Shown here piece after piece: positions 1 to 10,978 of a stretch of 64,000 nt of DNA. The translations under genes were made by a program, and so were the position numbers. The stretch comes from Candidatus Poribacteria bacterium. GTDB taxonomy: Bacteria; Poribacteria; WGA-4E; WGA-3G. How positions within the stretch are numbered: the first letter of the stretch is position 1; every line of letters starts with the position of its first letter. A model generated the notes under the pieces. The model was not told the DNA's origin. It saw nothing but the letters and a program-made list of their open reading frames with translations, and did no database searches. The stretch covers positions 1,504,001 to 1,568,000 of the forward strand of contig CAXXLX010000001.1 of assembly GCA_963665235.2 (NCBI GenBank), in the 5' to 3' direction.

Positions 1-379
1 TCGGGAAGCAATTGCGCATTATGGCGATATTTTGGGACAGCTCTCACTCACAGTACCAGCGGGCACCGTCGCAATGACACGTTACGGCATCTGGCATAAG
101 GCAGGCCCGAAACTTAACGCTGACAAACGCGGCATGATTAAGTTTTCATACCTCCGAACGGCAAAACCTAAGCGGGATTGGCTACGCGAGTCCGATGAAA
201 TTCCGACTTATCAGCATAAGGGACGGCACCCCTATGTAACGGAGGTGGAATCCTACCGTGACAGACGCAGAGGGGAGCTGACATGGAATTGGTTATGCGG
301 ATTGACAGAGGTTGAGGAAACGCTTCCACCGGAGAAGATGTTTCATAGCGGTATACCGTTATCGAAAATCCAGCTTTAG
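1..379 (+). CDS. 3' part of probable phytanoyl-CoA dioxygenase (PhyH)-like protein; 5' end outside window
   Basis: Frame open from window edge; VPAGTVAMT..IWHKAG....R resembles the PhyH/2OG-Fe distal His segment. Confidence 0.45.
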   Translation, partial: REAIAHYGDILGQLSLTVPAGTVAMTRYGIWHKAGPKLNADKRGMIKFSYLRTAKPKRDWLRESDEIPTYQHKGRHPYVTEVESYRDRRRGELTWNWLCGLTEVEETLPPEKMFHSGIPLSKIQL

Positions 380-548
380 TAGTCCAATCAATTTAATGAT
401 ATTAACGGGCAACTGCGATTTTCGCAACGTGTGAATCTACCGCCGCATTACCGATGCGGTTCAAGAATGCGTTGTGTCCTCTGCTTCCTCACTAACTGCA
501 TCACGTCCCTCAGCCTTGGGAAAACAGAGTAGACCGACCATAGCCAAT

Positions 549-729
549 AGACATTATAATGATTTAATCAGAGTGTGCCTATGAACCTTGTAGGGGCAAG
601 GGGACCTCGCCCTATGAACAGGGATAACCTCGAAGCGGGCGGGGAAACCCCGCCCCTACGCACCGCAACGGATAACGAAACAGGATGGGGAAACCACGCG
701 CCTACAACAATTAAACCAGCATAATGTCT
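549..729. mobile_element. MITE with ~20-bp TIRs enclosing GTAG-type REP hairpins
   Basis: TAGACATTATAATGATTTAAT vs reverse complement TAGACATTATGCTGGTTTAAT (18/21); AAT (or TA) duplicated at flanks; internal GTAGGGGC.., GGGCGGGGAAACCCCGCCCCTAC, GGAAACCACGCGCCTAC. Confidence 0.65.
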
Positions 730-879
730 AATGCGTAAGTCCTGTCTAAGGTAAAGTGACACGTTACCTCTCAAAAATAGATGTTTTTGGACTACAAACC
801 GCACAAACCCATCTGTTAAACACGACGAGCAATGAATGGTTCCCCTACTACAAACGGCACAGCTGCAAAGGTTGATGTC

Positions 880-1677
880 CTAACGCGCACCACACGCTTG
901 TAAACACGCCTGCATGTGGCCACGCGATTCCGCAGCAATAGTGCAACACTGTGCTAAACTATACTCCTTCGCACCGATGACCTCCAAGTTAAGCGGTCCG
1001 GTATAACCGTTTTCATGGAGCACACGGATATAACCGACAAGGTCAATGTCGCCGCGCCCATTCGCTTGTAGTTCAGGTGGCCCGGGGCCCCGTTGTGTCC
1101 CCTTACAGTCGCGAATATGCACGTGTTTGACACGTGAAACAACGGCTGCAATTGCCTCCACCGGGTTCTCCTCGGCACGATGAATATGTGATGGATCCAT
1201 GTCTATACCGAATGCTGGTGAGGAAATCGCTTCCATCGCACGGAGGGTTGTCGGCGTATTATAAATGCTTGCACCGACATGCGCCTTGACGCAGAGCGTT
1301 ACGCCGTAATGCTCCGCCCGCGCTGAGAGGCTCCCCAAAGAATCAATTACCTCGGGCCAGGCATCTTCGTTGTCAGATGCCCCGCCGGGCCCGCAGTTAA
1401 TAATCGGGATACCTATTTCAGCCGCTGCTTGAAAAGCAAGTTCCATTCTTTGCGGGTCGCGAGAGGGTTGTTCCATCGCCAGCAACTCAAGTTCGTACGT
1501 TTTTGAGAGCTGTTTGATGTCGTCTGCGATTTCCTGCCAGTTTGAGAGGACGAGATGCTGGCTCATCCCATCAATTGCAGAAAGTTCAATGCCGTCGTAG
1601 CCGGCCATAGCGATGTGCTTAAAGGCGGTTTCCATATCGTAACCGCCGAATAGCACAGAATTTGCTCCTAATTTCAA
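880..1677 (-). CDS. Sugar phosphate isomerase/epimerase (xylose isomerase-like TIM barrel)
   Basis: GYDGIEL, DPSH, HVHIRD, GYTGPLNLE motifs; AAAGGAG RBS before TTG at 1677. Confidence 0.85.
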   Translation of the reverse strand: MKLGANSVLFGGYDMETAFKHIAMAGYDGIELSAIDGMSQHLVLSNWQEIADDIKQLSKTYELELLAMEQPSRDPQRMELAFQAAAEIGIPIINCGPGGASDNEDAWPEVIDSLGSLSARAEHYGVTLCVKAHVGASIYNTPTTLRAMEAISSPAFGIDMDPSHIHRAEENPVEAIAAVVSRVKHVHIRDCKGTQRGPGPPELQANGRGDIDLVGYIRVLHENGYTGPLNLEVIGAKEYSLAQCCTIAAESRGHMQACLQACGAR

Positions 1678-1804
1678 ATTGAGGTCTCCTTTGTAAAATC
1701 GTTGCGGTTGTAAACATATCGTCCTTCTGGAACGGGTGATAAATCCCCCTACTACGAGCCCTAGTGAAGCCCGCTTCTCTGGACAATTCATTGCGCGTTA
1801 AGGT

Positions 1805-2248
1805 TTAGGTGTCTGTAGTATCAGGTGGTTCAGGGAACGGTTCGGTGAATGGTTCATTGTGTGTCTCAGCATCAAGCCGTCTGTTATTCCATTCAGCGAT
1901 TTTTTGGTAAACCTCGGCTTTTCCTTTGGCTATCCCTTCGGCTCTTGCTTCAGCGAATCGTCTTTTCCGTCTGTCCCGATGATCTTGAAGACGCGAAAAC
2001 ATAATCATACCTCCTTCTACGAACAGGTTTATACTTGTGGCCCAGGCCAACGCGTCACCTCCGTGCTCTAGCATCACGTAAAATGCCGCGGACCACGTCT
2101 GCCCATCAAGTATTCTCTCATGGAGGATAATCCCTCCTAATATTAAAAACAGAATCAATATTAAACGAACTAGCGCGTCCTCAGCATCCTGAACAGTGAA
2201 CAACGCAGCTCGAGGTTTCTCCGTATTTTTCATAGCTTTTCTTTCCAT
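1805..2248 (-). CDS. Hypothetical membrane protein
   Basis: 147-aa ORF with hydrophobic helices and EARAEGIAKG tail. Confidence 0.6.
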   Translation of the reverse strand: MERKAMKNTEKPRAALFTVQDAEDALVRLILILFLILGGIILHERILDGQTWSAAFYVMLEHGGDALAWATSINLFVEGGMIMFSRLQDHRDRRKRRFAEARAEGIAKGKAEVYQKIAEWNNRRLDAETHNEPFTEPFPEPPDTTDT

Positions 2249-2364
2249 TATTGATGTCCCTCGGCCGATCGGTTGTTAAAAATACCGCGCTATGCCGTAG
2301 AGGGTACATCTTTGTAAATTCTTACCTAGGTTTTGAAATCAGCCTTAAGGTTACTTAAAAGATA

Positions 2365-2517
2365 ACGCGAGCTTGATAGTAAATGTCCGTTGGTTTCCGT
2401 AGACACTTTTCAGGTTCTCCGACAAAAGCGGGATGAGTGTAGCATGAACGTTTATTGTGCCGTTTTTTCTAAAGCGACTATGGGATGTTGGGGATGAAAA
2501 CTTTTTCAAACTCACAT
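2365..2517. mobile_element. MITE-B copy (ACGTGAGYTTGA ends), decayed
   Basis: ACGCGAGCTTGATAGTAAATGTCCGTT ... TTTTCAAACTCACAT; same ends as 16321, 34011, 39235, 42637. Confidence 0.65.
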
Positions 2518-2620
2518 TAAATAAATATTTCGGGAATCGACGGGTGATAAATCACCCGACTACCAGCCATTCTGCGATTTATCGCACGTGCTGTATCTAT
2601 CAGTTTTCCGTGGTGTGCCG

Positions 2621-3700
2621 TTATAATCCCTTCAAAGTTGGAAGCGGATGCGGACGCACCAAGATACCCCCCTGTTCGTAAGATTCTATTGCTGCCCAGG
2701 TGTATTCAAGCGCAGCGAGGGCATCTCTGCCGGAAGCGCGTAGTTTTTCTCTCGGCACACCGTTCGTTATATCCTCCAAAAACGCGTGAATTCTTAAGGG
2801 GAACGTCCGCCCGAAATCACTGATGCCGGACTCGGTGACAACTGTCTCGCCACCTTCAGGGGCACCAGGGGAGGGCCAAAACGTAATCTTTTCGATGCAG
2901 TTTTCAATGCAAAATGTGCCGCGGGTACCCGCCAGCTCAACACTCCACCAGCCTCCAAGCCCGAACGTAGCATCGCCACGTTGGCTCAGCAGATACCCGA
3001 TACATCCGTTTTCAAAACGGAGATGGATGCTGTTAATAGAGACCATCAAATCTCCTTCGCGCCGTCGAAAATGGGGACGTTCCATAAATGCCTGTACGTG
3101 CGTCACGTCTCCGCAGAAATGGCGCATCACACTAAACGGGTGCGACAGGAACGCTTTGACGTGAAAGTATGGAAAACCGTCTGAGCGGGGTGCAGTTGAA
3201 TAGGTATAGTTGAATTCACCACCAGCAAATCCCATTTTGTGAAGGCAGTAGACCTGCTCCCCAATTTGTCCGTTATCAATATATTTCTTCGCCTGTTCAG
3301 CAGGTGGCGTGAAGTAGTGGTTCAGGTTACACCCGAGGTAAAGCTCTTTCCTTGCAGCGGTTGCCACCATGTCGCGTGCCTGTCCGATATCGTTAGAAAT
3401 CGGTTTTTCGACCAGTACGTGTTTTCCGTTTTCAAGTGCTTCGATTGTGGGTTCATAGTGCCAGCTGCCGTTTTCATTTCCGCCGGTGCTGACATCCACG
3501 ATGTCCAGGTCCGGTTCGCCATCAATCATATCAGCTAGACGATAATATGCCTTTACGCCGAGGCGTTCTGCTGCGCTGTCCGCGCGGTCTTTCACAATGT
3601 CGCAGACTGCCACAAGTTCTGCTAAGTCGTCATTTGCGTAACAATTTGCATGGTTATTGCCAATGCCGCTCATGCCGACAACGCCAACTTTTAATGCCAT
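2621..3700 (-). CDS. Gfo/Idh/MocA family oxidoreductase
   Basis: GVVGMSGIG Rossmann motif, GKHVLVEKP. Confidence 0.9.
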   Translation of the reverse strand: MALKVGVVGMSGIGNNHANCYANDDLAELVAVCDIVKDRADSAAERLGVKAYYRLADMIDGEPDLDIVDVSTGGNENGSWHYEPTIEALENGKHVLVEKPISNDIGQARDMVATAARKELYLGCNLNHYFTPPAEQAKKYIDNGQIGEQVYCLHKMGFAGGEFNYTYSTAPRSDGFPYFHVKAFLSHPFSVMRHFCGDVTHVQAFMERPHFRRREGDLMVSINSIHLRFENGCIGYLLSQRGDATFGLGGWWSVELAGTRGTFCIENCIEKITFWPSPGAPEGGETVVTESGISDFGRTFPLRIHAFLEDITNGVPREKLRASGRDALAALEYTWAAIESYEQGGILVRPHPLPTLKGL

Positions 3701-3915
3701 TTTTTAAAATTCCTTCCAATAGGTAAAATAGACTTTGCATTTAATTATAACATGTTCGCGATTTTGTCAACAAATATTTTAAAAATTATCTTGACATCAA
3801 TTCATAACCGTGCTATATTTTTCATTATAATCAGACCTACGCATTATGTAAAATTGTGTTATCAACGCGAAGCGTAAGTTCTAGGTAAATTACAGCAAAA
3901 AGGACATTATCAGTA

Positions 3916-4341
3916 ATGAATACACAAAATTTGATCTTGCTAACTCTCGGGTTGCTATGTTGTATATTGGCATGTAGCCGTGATAGCGATACAGGAAACG
4001 GGGAGCCAATCACTATTGACCCCCGAGCTTCATTTGAACAGAATCTTTTGCCAATCCTCACGGCGCGCTGCGCACTTGCTGGATGCCACGTCGCTGATGG
4101 GCCTCACGGTTTAGATTTTAGGACATACGAATCTTTCATGGCGGGCGGAGAGCATGGGTCAGTATTTATCCCGGGAGATGCAGAAAATAGTGAGATTATT
4201 GAAGAGATTGTTTCCGGGAAAATGCCACCTAACGGGCCTCCGTTGAGTGAGTCGGAAATTCAATTGTTCACTGATTGGATTAACGGTCAGGAAGCAAACC
4301 CTGATGCTCATACCCACGATGACGAGCACGGGCACGACTAG
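3916..4341 (+). CDS. Planctomycete-type cytochrome c lipoprotein with His-rich tail
   Basis: Lipobox ILAC; PIL..RCALAGCH (CX4CH), PGD...S, MPP, WI..; tail HTHDDEHGHD. Confidence 0.75.
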   Translation: MNTQNLILLTLGLLCCILACSRDSDTGNGEPITIDPRASFEQNLLPILTARCALAGCHVADGPHGLDFRTYESFMAGGEHGSVFIPGDAENSEIIEEIVSGKMPPNGPPLSESEIQLFTDWINGQEANPDAHTHDDEHGHD

Positions 4342-4617
4342 CAATGTTTCCGGTATCTCGGAAAATCGAGGATAAGTCGCCTCTTAACCTATACGGACCC
4401 TACGGGGCTAAGTACGAGTTGGCATACCGTTCTCTATAAACATAACGCCCTTGAAGAGCGGGAAACTGTTTGCCCGAATACTGGGGCTAAGCGGGGGAAC
4501 GGAAACACCTACTGCTTTACACACCCTATCTTGAAAAATTTCCTTGACACCAATTCAGATATGTGCTATTTTTTCATGACAGCACATATTATAAAACGCT
4601 AAAGGAGAAAAAATCGG

Positions 4618-5721
4618 ATGAGTATCAGTGTTGGGATGGTAGGTTTAGGGATGTTTGGTCCCTCGTTTATCCAATCCTATAAAGCACATCCAGACGTAGC
4701 GCGACTCGCCTTATGTGATTTGCGGGCAGATAGGCTCGCGAAATGGGCCAAGCAGTTTGAGATTTCCGAGACGTATTCAAGCCTTGATGATATCTGTAAA
4801 TCGGATTTGGATGCGCTCGTCATTATCACGCAGCATTGGATGCACGCGCCACAAGCTATTCAAGCGATGGAAGCCGGAAAACACGTCTACACGGCTGTTC
4901 CCGCTGCAGTTTCGTTGGATGAATGTGAACAACTTGTTAAGACTGTAGAGCGAACCGGGATGATTTACATGAACGGGGAGACAAGCTATTTTCGCCCGGA
5001 GGCGGTTTTCTGTCGCCAGAAAGCAGCGGAGGGGGCTTTCGGTGAATTTGTTCACTGCCGCGCCGAGTATTTTCACGACATCAGCCACGGACTCTATGAT
5101 GTCGCAAAAAATCGATGGGGGGAACAGTGGAGCCCTGACAAAAGTGGCGGTATCCCTATGTATTATCCGACACACTCAACCTGTTTTCCCATCTCCGTGA
5201 TGAACGCACACGCGACCTCGGTTTCCGCACAAGGCTACGTCTATCCGAATGACGATTGGTTTCGGCAGGACACCATCCATCAAAACCCTTTTTCCAACGA
5301 GGTCGGCCTGTTCACAATGAGCAACGGCGCAACGATGCAAATCTGCGAATTTCGGCGGATTGGACACCCCGGATGTGAACGAGCCAGCGGTATCTACGGC
5401 ACCGAAGGGAGTTTTGAGCAGAACCTTGCAGGCAGAATTTGGGCAAGTAAACACGGAACAGAGACAGTGCAACCCCCGCAACACCATAGTGATTTACCGG
5501 AAGCACTTGCCGCTAACTTAGGCGGACATGGCGGTTCACACGCCTATCTCGTACACGAATTTGTAGATTCTGTTAACCGCCAACGTTTACCGCGTATCAA
5601 TGTTTGGGAAGCAGTTCGGTATTGTGCCCCGGGGCTTGTGGCACATGAATCAGCCCTCCGGGATGGCGAATTACGCCAAATTCCGGATTGGGGAGATGCC
5701 CCTACCAAAAATTTCTCTTGA
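4618..5721 (+). CDS. Gfo/Idh/MocA family oxidoreductase
   Basis: GMVGLGMFG, GKHVYTAVP, GGHGGSH; AAAGGAG RBS. Confidence 0.9.
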   Translation: MSISVGMVGLGMFGPSFIQSYKAHPDVARLALCDLRADRLAKWAKQFEISETYSSLDDICKSDLDALVIITQHWMHAPQAIQAMEAGKHVYTAVPAAVSLDECEQLVKTVERTGMIYMNGETSYFRPEAVFCRQKAAEGAFGEFVHCRAEYFHDISHGLYDVAKNRWGEQWSPDKSGGIPMYYPTHSTCFPISVMNAHATSVSAQGYVYPNDDWFRQDTIHQNPFSNEVGLFTMSNGATMQICEFRRIGHPGCERASGIYGTEGSFEQNLAGRIWASKHGTETVQPPQHHSDLPEALAANLGGHGGSHAYLVHEFVDSVNRQRLPRINVWEAVRYCAPGLVAHESALRDGELRQIPDWGDAPTKNFS

Positions 5722-5746
5722 CTTTTATGATTTTTTAATGTATAAT
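5718..5746 (+). promoter_or_regulatory. sigma70-like promoter for sulfite reductase operon
   Basis: TTGACT-17bp-TATAAT. Confidence 0.7.
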
Positions 5747-5889
5747 ATGTTTTTTAATAAAGGTTTCTCGCTGCAAATCGGAAATCAACTAACGCACACG
5801 ACAAATGCCATAAGACGATAAACGTGGCATGCCCATTTGGTGCATTCGACGTTGATTTGTACAAACATTGAGGTTAAAAGGAGCAAAGC

Positions 5890-8327
5890 ATGGCTATTGA
5901 ATACGCGGGAGCTTACGATATATCAGCTATCCCTGTTGATGTTGCCCGTGAAATTGAAATTTATGAAATCCAACTCGGTCGTGTACAAGCCGGCCAGGTT
6001 GAAGAGGACCTCTTTACCGAATTTAGGCTCCGCCACGGGGTTTACGGACAACGTGATGACCGGTCGCAGATGATACGGGTCAAAATCCCTTTCGGCGGGC
6101 TCACAGCCACACAACTTGAAATGTTAGCCGATGTCGCCGAAGAATTTTCGGATAACATCATCCACATTACAACCCGTCAAGATGTACAATACCACTACGT
6201 GGACATCAACAACACACCTGAGCTGATGCGTCGGCTTGCAAGTGTCGATATCACAACAAAAGAGGCGTGCGGGAATGTCGTACGAAACGTCACTGCATGC
6301 CCAATCAGTGGGGTCTGCCAAGACGAAACGTTTGATGTGACCCCCTACTCCAAGGCGTTATCCGCGTTTCTCTTAGGACACCCGGACGCGCAAGATTTCG
6401 GACGTAAGTTCAAAATTGCATTCTCCGGATGTGAAGAACACGCTTGCGGTTTAGCCAATATGCACGACATCGGGGCAGTCGCGGCTGTCAGAGAGGTAGA
6501 TGGTGAAGTCAAACGCGGTTTCAAACTCTTCGTCGGCGGGGGGCTCGGTGCAGTGCCACATCAAGCGAAGGTTTTCGATGAATTCCTCCCCGCAGAGGAA
6601 CTTCTGCCGGTTTCACAGTCAATTTGCAGAGTTTTCACCCGTCTCGGGGAACGTAGAAATCGCAATAAGGCACGTCTGAAATTCGTCATTGCCAAATACG
6701 GCATCGAAGAATTTCGTAAACTGGTGCTTGAAGACCGCGAAACCCTACGGCACGACCCCGAATGGACAGCCTACCTTGACAATTTGGATGCATACAATGA
6801 AAGTCCACTCAAAGCCCCCACACAACTCAACGGTGCCTTAAAACCGGAAGGGTTTGAAGAGTGGTATAAATCCAATATCCGGTTACAGAAGCAGCCTGGT
6901 TATGCTTTTGTGACCATTACGTTACCGCTCGGCGATATTACCGCCGATCAGACCCGTGCCCTGGCGGACATCTCGCGGAAATATGTGAAAGACACCATCC
7001 GGGCAACAGTGGAACAGAATATTGTTTTACGTTGGGTGACCATGACCGATTTGCCTGCCCTCTATCGTGAGCTAAAAGCAGTCGGTTTAGGTGAGCCAGG
7101 GGCTGAATCCTTGGTAGATATTACCGCATGCCCCGGGACCGACTCCTGCAAACTCGGTATCTCTTCCTCGCGTGGACTAGCAGCGCATCTGCGAAGCTAT
7201 TTCATCGAAAACGGCCTGGAGCATGACATCAAAGATTTCCGAATCAAGATTAGCGGATGCCCCAACTCATGTGGACAACATCACATCGCGAATATTGGCT
7301 TCTTTGGCGGTTCGAAACGGATGGGCGAGCATATCGCACCTGTTTACCAGGTCCTGCTCGGTGGACACATGATTGAAAATGCCAGCTCTTACGGACTTGC
7401 CACCGGAAGAATCCACGGTAAGTATATCCCCGCGTTCATTGAGGAATTAACCGGTAAGTATACAGCGGAACGAAATGCGGAGGAATCCTTCACCGAATAC
7501 GTCGCACGTCTCGGCAAAGCGGAGATTAAGACCATCTTGTCCAAATACGATAAAATTCCTGCTTACGAGGATGCACCGGAATTTTACGTAGACACGGGGG
7601 ACACGAAAGATTACCAACTCAAAACTGGGGTCGGGGAATGTGCTGGTCAGTTGGTTGCACTTGTCTCCATGAAGTTAGAAGAAGCCGATCGGCTTATCTA
7701 TGAATCCGGTTTGGGGTTAGAAAAAGGAACGTATCAAGAATGCGCGGATAAGGCATTCGATGCGATGATTAGGGCTGCAGATGGTCTCCTAACAACTGTG
7801 GGGTTGCAATATATTGACGACGCAACAACCATCAACGAATTTCGTAATCGCTTCTTCGAGCCCGGTAACTTTTTCATAGGATACGGGGCACATCTATTCA
7901 AGGCTACCGAAGAAGATAGCTCTACCTTCGACCAGGAATTGGCACACCGTCGCGTAGAAGAAGCCACCCTCTTCGTAGAAGAATCGCATAACGTATACAA
8001 TCGTATGCGTATCAAGCAGGAGGAAGAGGAGGCGAGCAAGCGCAAAGCACGAAAGGCTCGACCTGCACCGAAACCGAAGGTGGTCAAAGAGACAAAACCG
8101 GTTGAGGAAATTGTCGATAGCCTCGATCTGAAAGGTGTCGCCTGCCCGTTCAACTATGTCCAAGCGAAAGTGCGGTTGGAAACGATGCAAGTCGGTCAGC
8201 TTTTGGAAATTACCATTGACGATGGCGAACCGATTGAGAAACCGAAAATACCAACGATGGACACGACATCTTGGATACCAAGAAGCTCGGAAAACACTAC
8301 CGTCTGACTATCCGGAAGGGTGAGTAG
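5890..8327 (+). CDS. Siroheme/4Fe-4S nitrite-sulfite reductase fused to HEPN-like and TusA/SirA domains; frameshift near 8240-8252
   Basis: HITTRQD, ACGNVVRNVTACP, SGCEEHAC, ACPGTDSC, SGCPNSCG; LDLKGVACPFN; TusA tail NDGHDILDTKKLGKHYRLTIRKGE* lies in another frame ending at 8327. Confidence 0.85.
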
Positions 8328-8329
8328 CA

Positions 8330-9060
8330 CAACGTTTCGGCAGTTTTCACATTTTTTTGAGGGGGTGGGTTTGAAACCTGCCTCCTACAAACCTTCAGCA
8401 TCAGGTTAATCCGCAATGCATGACGTACACCCACGAAAAGTAAAGATCACCCTGCTAAAATGGGTGCTTTGACATAGCGTAACCACACGTTCCCTGTCAA
8501 AGATTAAGTTCTTCACTACTACCGCCAAAGGTGTTTCGGACTATCCGGAAGGGTGAGTGATGCCGACAAAGTTTCGGAAGTTTTCGACCCTTCATTTTTT
8601 TGTAAGAAGGGGGTCAAGAGCGGGTTTGAAACCTGCCTCCTACAAATCGAAAAAAGAAGCAGCACAACCTTCAGCGTATCAGGCACACGTGCAAGAATTG
8701 GAAACTTCGGATATTAGATGTCTAACCTCTATCCTGAAAAATGAGAACATATCGCGAGTACCTTATCGAAATCTTTACCGACCGCGAACCTTTGAGGCAA
8801 TTGCACATATTGAAGTAGCATTGGAAGACTACCCAACCTATGTGAATAGGCGATGGATTCCGATTTGTTACTACAGACCGTAATTGAATAAAGCACAACA
8901 AATACGGATTAACACGCCTTGCGGGTGTTAATGCTAAAGGACTATTCTCTGTCTATTCAAAAGATGGACACCGATTAACAACGGGGGCAAAACGCACGGA
9001 TTTTCAAGTGCTAACACGCTTGAACTTCAACTATAAAGGCGGATTTTCCTCCCCCGCATA
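8330..9060 (+). pseudogene. Garbled partial duplicates of reductase 3' end, toxin start and antitoxin gene
   Basis: GACTATCCGGAAGGGTGAGT repeated; ~8741-8890 is an indel-ridden copy of 9092-9235; GTACACCCAC matches toxin 5' end. Confidence 0.55.
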
Positions 9061-9091
9061 AATGCTGGGGGTTTCCAATCCGAAGATTTTG

Positions 9092-9499
9092 ATGAGAACA
9101 TATCGCGAGTACCTTATCGAAATCTTTACCGACCGCGAGGAGGCAATTGCACATATTGAAGTGGCATTGGAAGACTATCCAACCTATGTGAATAGTGATA
9201 GATTCCGATTTTTACTACAGACCGTAATTGAAGCACAAGGCGGTGTTTTCGAACTTGCGAAACAAAACGATATGGACCCAAAAGCACTTTCAAAAATGCT
9301 AACTCACGAAAAGACACCGCTAATTGACGCACTTGGAACCGTTCTTAACGTCCTTGGACATCAATTCTCAATCAAACCGATAGACCCCGAGGATATGAAC
9401 CTTGAAACCTATAGCGAGGCGTTAGAGACACAGAACGCACCAGCACATGTAGCCGAAAAGGAAGGCGTTCGGACAGAACAACCAGAGGAAATAGGATAG
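9092..9499 (+). CDS. Addiction module antidote protein (HI1420-like HTH antitoxin), paralog 1
   Basis: EAQGGVFELAKQ..KALSKMLT..KTP.IDALGTVLNVLG. Confidence 0.75.
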   Translation: MRTYREYLIEIFTDREEAIAHIEVALEDYPTYVNSDRFRFLLQTVIEAQGGVFELAKQNDMDPKALSKMLTHEKTPLIDALGTVLNVLGHQFSIKPIDPEDMNLETYSEALETQNAPAHVAEKEGVRTEQPEEIG

Positions 9500-9505
9500 C
9501 CATCA

Positions 9506-9841
9506 ATGCGTAACGTACACCCACAAGAAATACGCGTCTACCAAACTTCAAGCGGCAGAGAGCCTTACAACGAATGGGTAAGATCAATTCGAAATACAAG
9601 CACACGAAACCGTATTCGGGCACAGCTTGAGCGGTTCAAACTCGGAAATTTTGGAGATGTCAAATTTGTCGGTGATGGCGTTTTTGAGAAGCGTTTACAC
9701 TTCGGAGCAGGTTATAGAATCTACTTCGGAAAAGTGGATAACACAATCGTCCTTCTGCTCTGTGGGGGTGATAAATCATCGCAGATGCGCGACATTGAAC
9801 AAGCAAAAAACTATTGGCGAGAATACACGGAGGAAAACTGA
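9506..9841 (+). CDS. RelE/ParE-family toxin (HI1419-like addiction module killer)
   Basis: GREPYNEW, GNFGDVKFVGDGVFEKRLHFGAGYRIYFG, LLLCGGDKSSQ. Confidence 0.9.
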   Translation: MRNVHPQEIRVYQTSSGREPYNEWVRSIRNTSTRNRIRAQLERFKLGNFGDVKFVGDGVFEKRLHFGAGYRIYFGKVDNTIVLLLCGGDKSSQMRDIEQAKNYWREYTEEN

Positions 9842-10194
9842 TGAGAAAAATGAGAACATACCGCGAATGCCTCATTGAAGATTTGGCTGACCGGGATGAA
9901 GCAATTGGCTATCTCCAAGCAATCCTTGATGACTACTACGTGTTCGGAAGTACCACCATCGTTCGGGATGCCCTTGAAACCGTAGTTGAAGCACAAGGCG
10001 GTGTTTCCCAACTTGCGAAACAAAACGATATAGACCCAAAAGCGTTTTCAAGAATGCTAACTCACGAAAAGACACCGCTGATTGACGCACTCGGAACCGT
10101 TCTTAACGTCCTTGGACATCAACTCTCAATCAAACCGATAGACCCCGAGGACATGAACCTTCAGACGTGTACTCACGCGGAGGAAACCCAATGA
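9841..10194 (+). CDS. Addiction module antidote protein, paralog 2
   Basis: TGATG coupling to toxin; C-half near-identical to 9092-9499. Confidence 0.8.
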   Translation: MRKMRTYRECLIEDLADRDEAIGYLQAILDDYYVFGSTTIVRDALETVVEAQGGVSQLAKQNDIDPKAFSRMLTHEKTPLIDALGTVLNVLGHQLSIKPIDPEDMNLQTCTHAEETQ

Positions 10195-10925
10195 CATCAA
10201 ACATAAACCCCTTACCTTTAGTAGATATGTCCCCCATGCAGTTCCAAGAGTGGCTCCGCCTGCTCACGAATGAGCCCCTATTTGCTGATCGGAATAAATT
10301 ACTTGGCATGCTATCAGATGACGCGGACCGCGAAACGTTGGCGGAGGGGTTTAGAGAATTTTTTGAAGCCTATTCCTACGAGCTCGCATTTGAGTTAGAC
10401 ACACAGGAGGTGTACATACTCACGGTTTTGGAAAAATCTGAAACGTTTGCACATCTCAAAAGACGCGTGGCGATTGTCAACGCGGAACGGAAAACTTCGC
10501 CTATAGAACGCACAGCACGGAGACTCGGCGGAATTCCTAATACCCCGGGCCCCACAATAAAGGTGAGAACGTTAGGTGATGGCGAATTCCGAATGCTAAT
10601 AGAGACGCTTGTGAACTCAGAACTATTTGCAGCGCGAGAGCGAATCGTGAAGTTGATGAAGGAGCCCTCTTCAAGTGCCGTACATGTGCAGTTGCAAGCA
10701 GCGTTCTATGAATTCTTCGTTTGCCATCTAGAATTGGAACAGTTCCTAGAAGATTACGAATACGACCCGGACGAAGGGCTTGAAATGCGTCCGGAGGTTG
10801 CTGAAGAACTAGAACACAGTATCACTGATTACGAATCAGGAAAGGTTAAGGGCAGTTCTCTTGCGGAGGTAGCGAAGGCGTTCGGAGTTAAAAGGTATAT
10901 GACCCCCCATCCGCATAAAACATAA
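10191..10925 (+). CDS. Hypothetical protein with internal duplication and antitoxin-like C-terminus
   Basis: Two similar helical repeats (L.N..LFA.R.....L...F.EFF); DPDEGLEMRPEV tail; ATGA overlap with upstream gene. Confidence 0.6.
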   Translation: MTSNINPLPLVDMSPMQFQEWLRLLTNEPLFADRNKLLGMLSDDADRETLAEGFREFFEAYSYELAFELDTQEVYILTVLEKSETFAHLKRRVAIVNAERKTSPIERTARRLGGIPNTPGPTIKVRTLGDGEFRMLIETLVNSELFAARERIVKLMKEPSSSAVHVQLQAAFYEFFVCHLELEQFLEDYEYDPDEGLEMRPEVAEELEHSITDYESGKVKGSSLAEVAKAFGVKRYMTPHPHKT

Positions 10926-10936
10926 AAAAATAACAG

Positions 10937-10965
10937 TTGACTTTTTTGTCAGCTTTCAGTATAAT
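10937..10965 (+). promoter_or_regulatory. sigma70-like promoter
   Basis: TTGACT-17bp-TATAAT. Confidence 0.7.
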
Positions 10966-10978
10966 AGGGGACTATCTT

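Noticed and set aside
5750-5885. SAM or other riboswitch before the sulfite reductase (and leader RNA at 29220-29460)
   Set aside because: No consensus motif recognisable by eye; needs a covariance-model search
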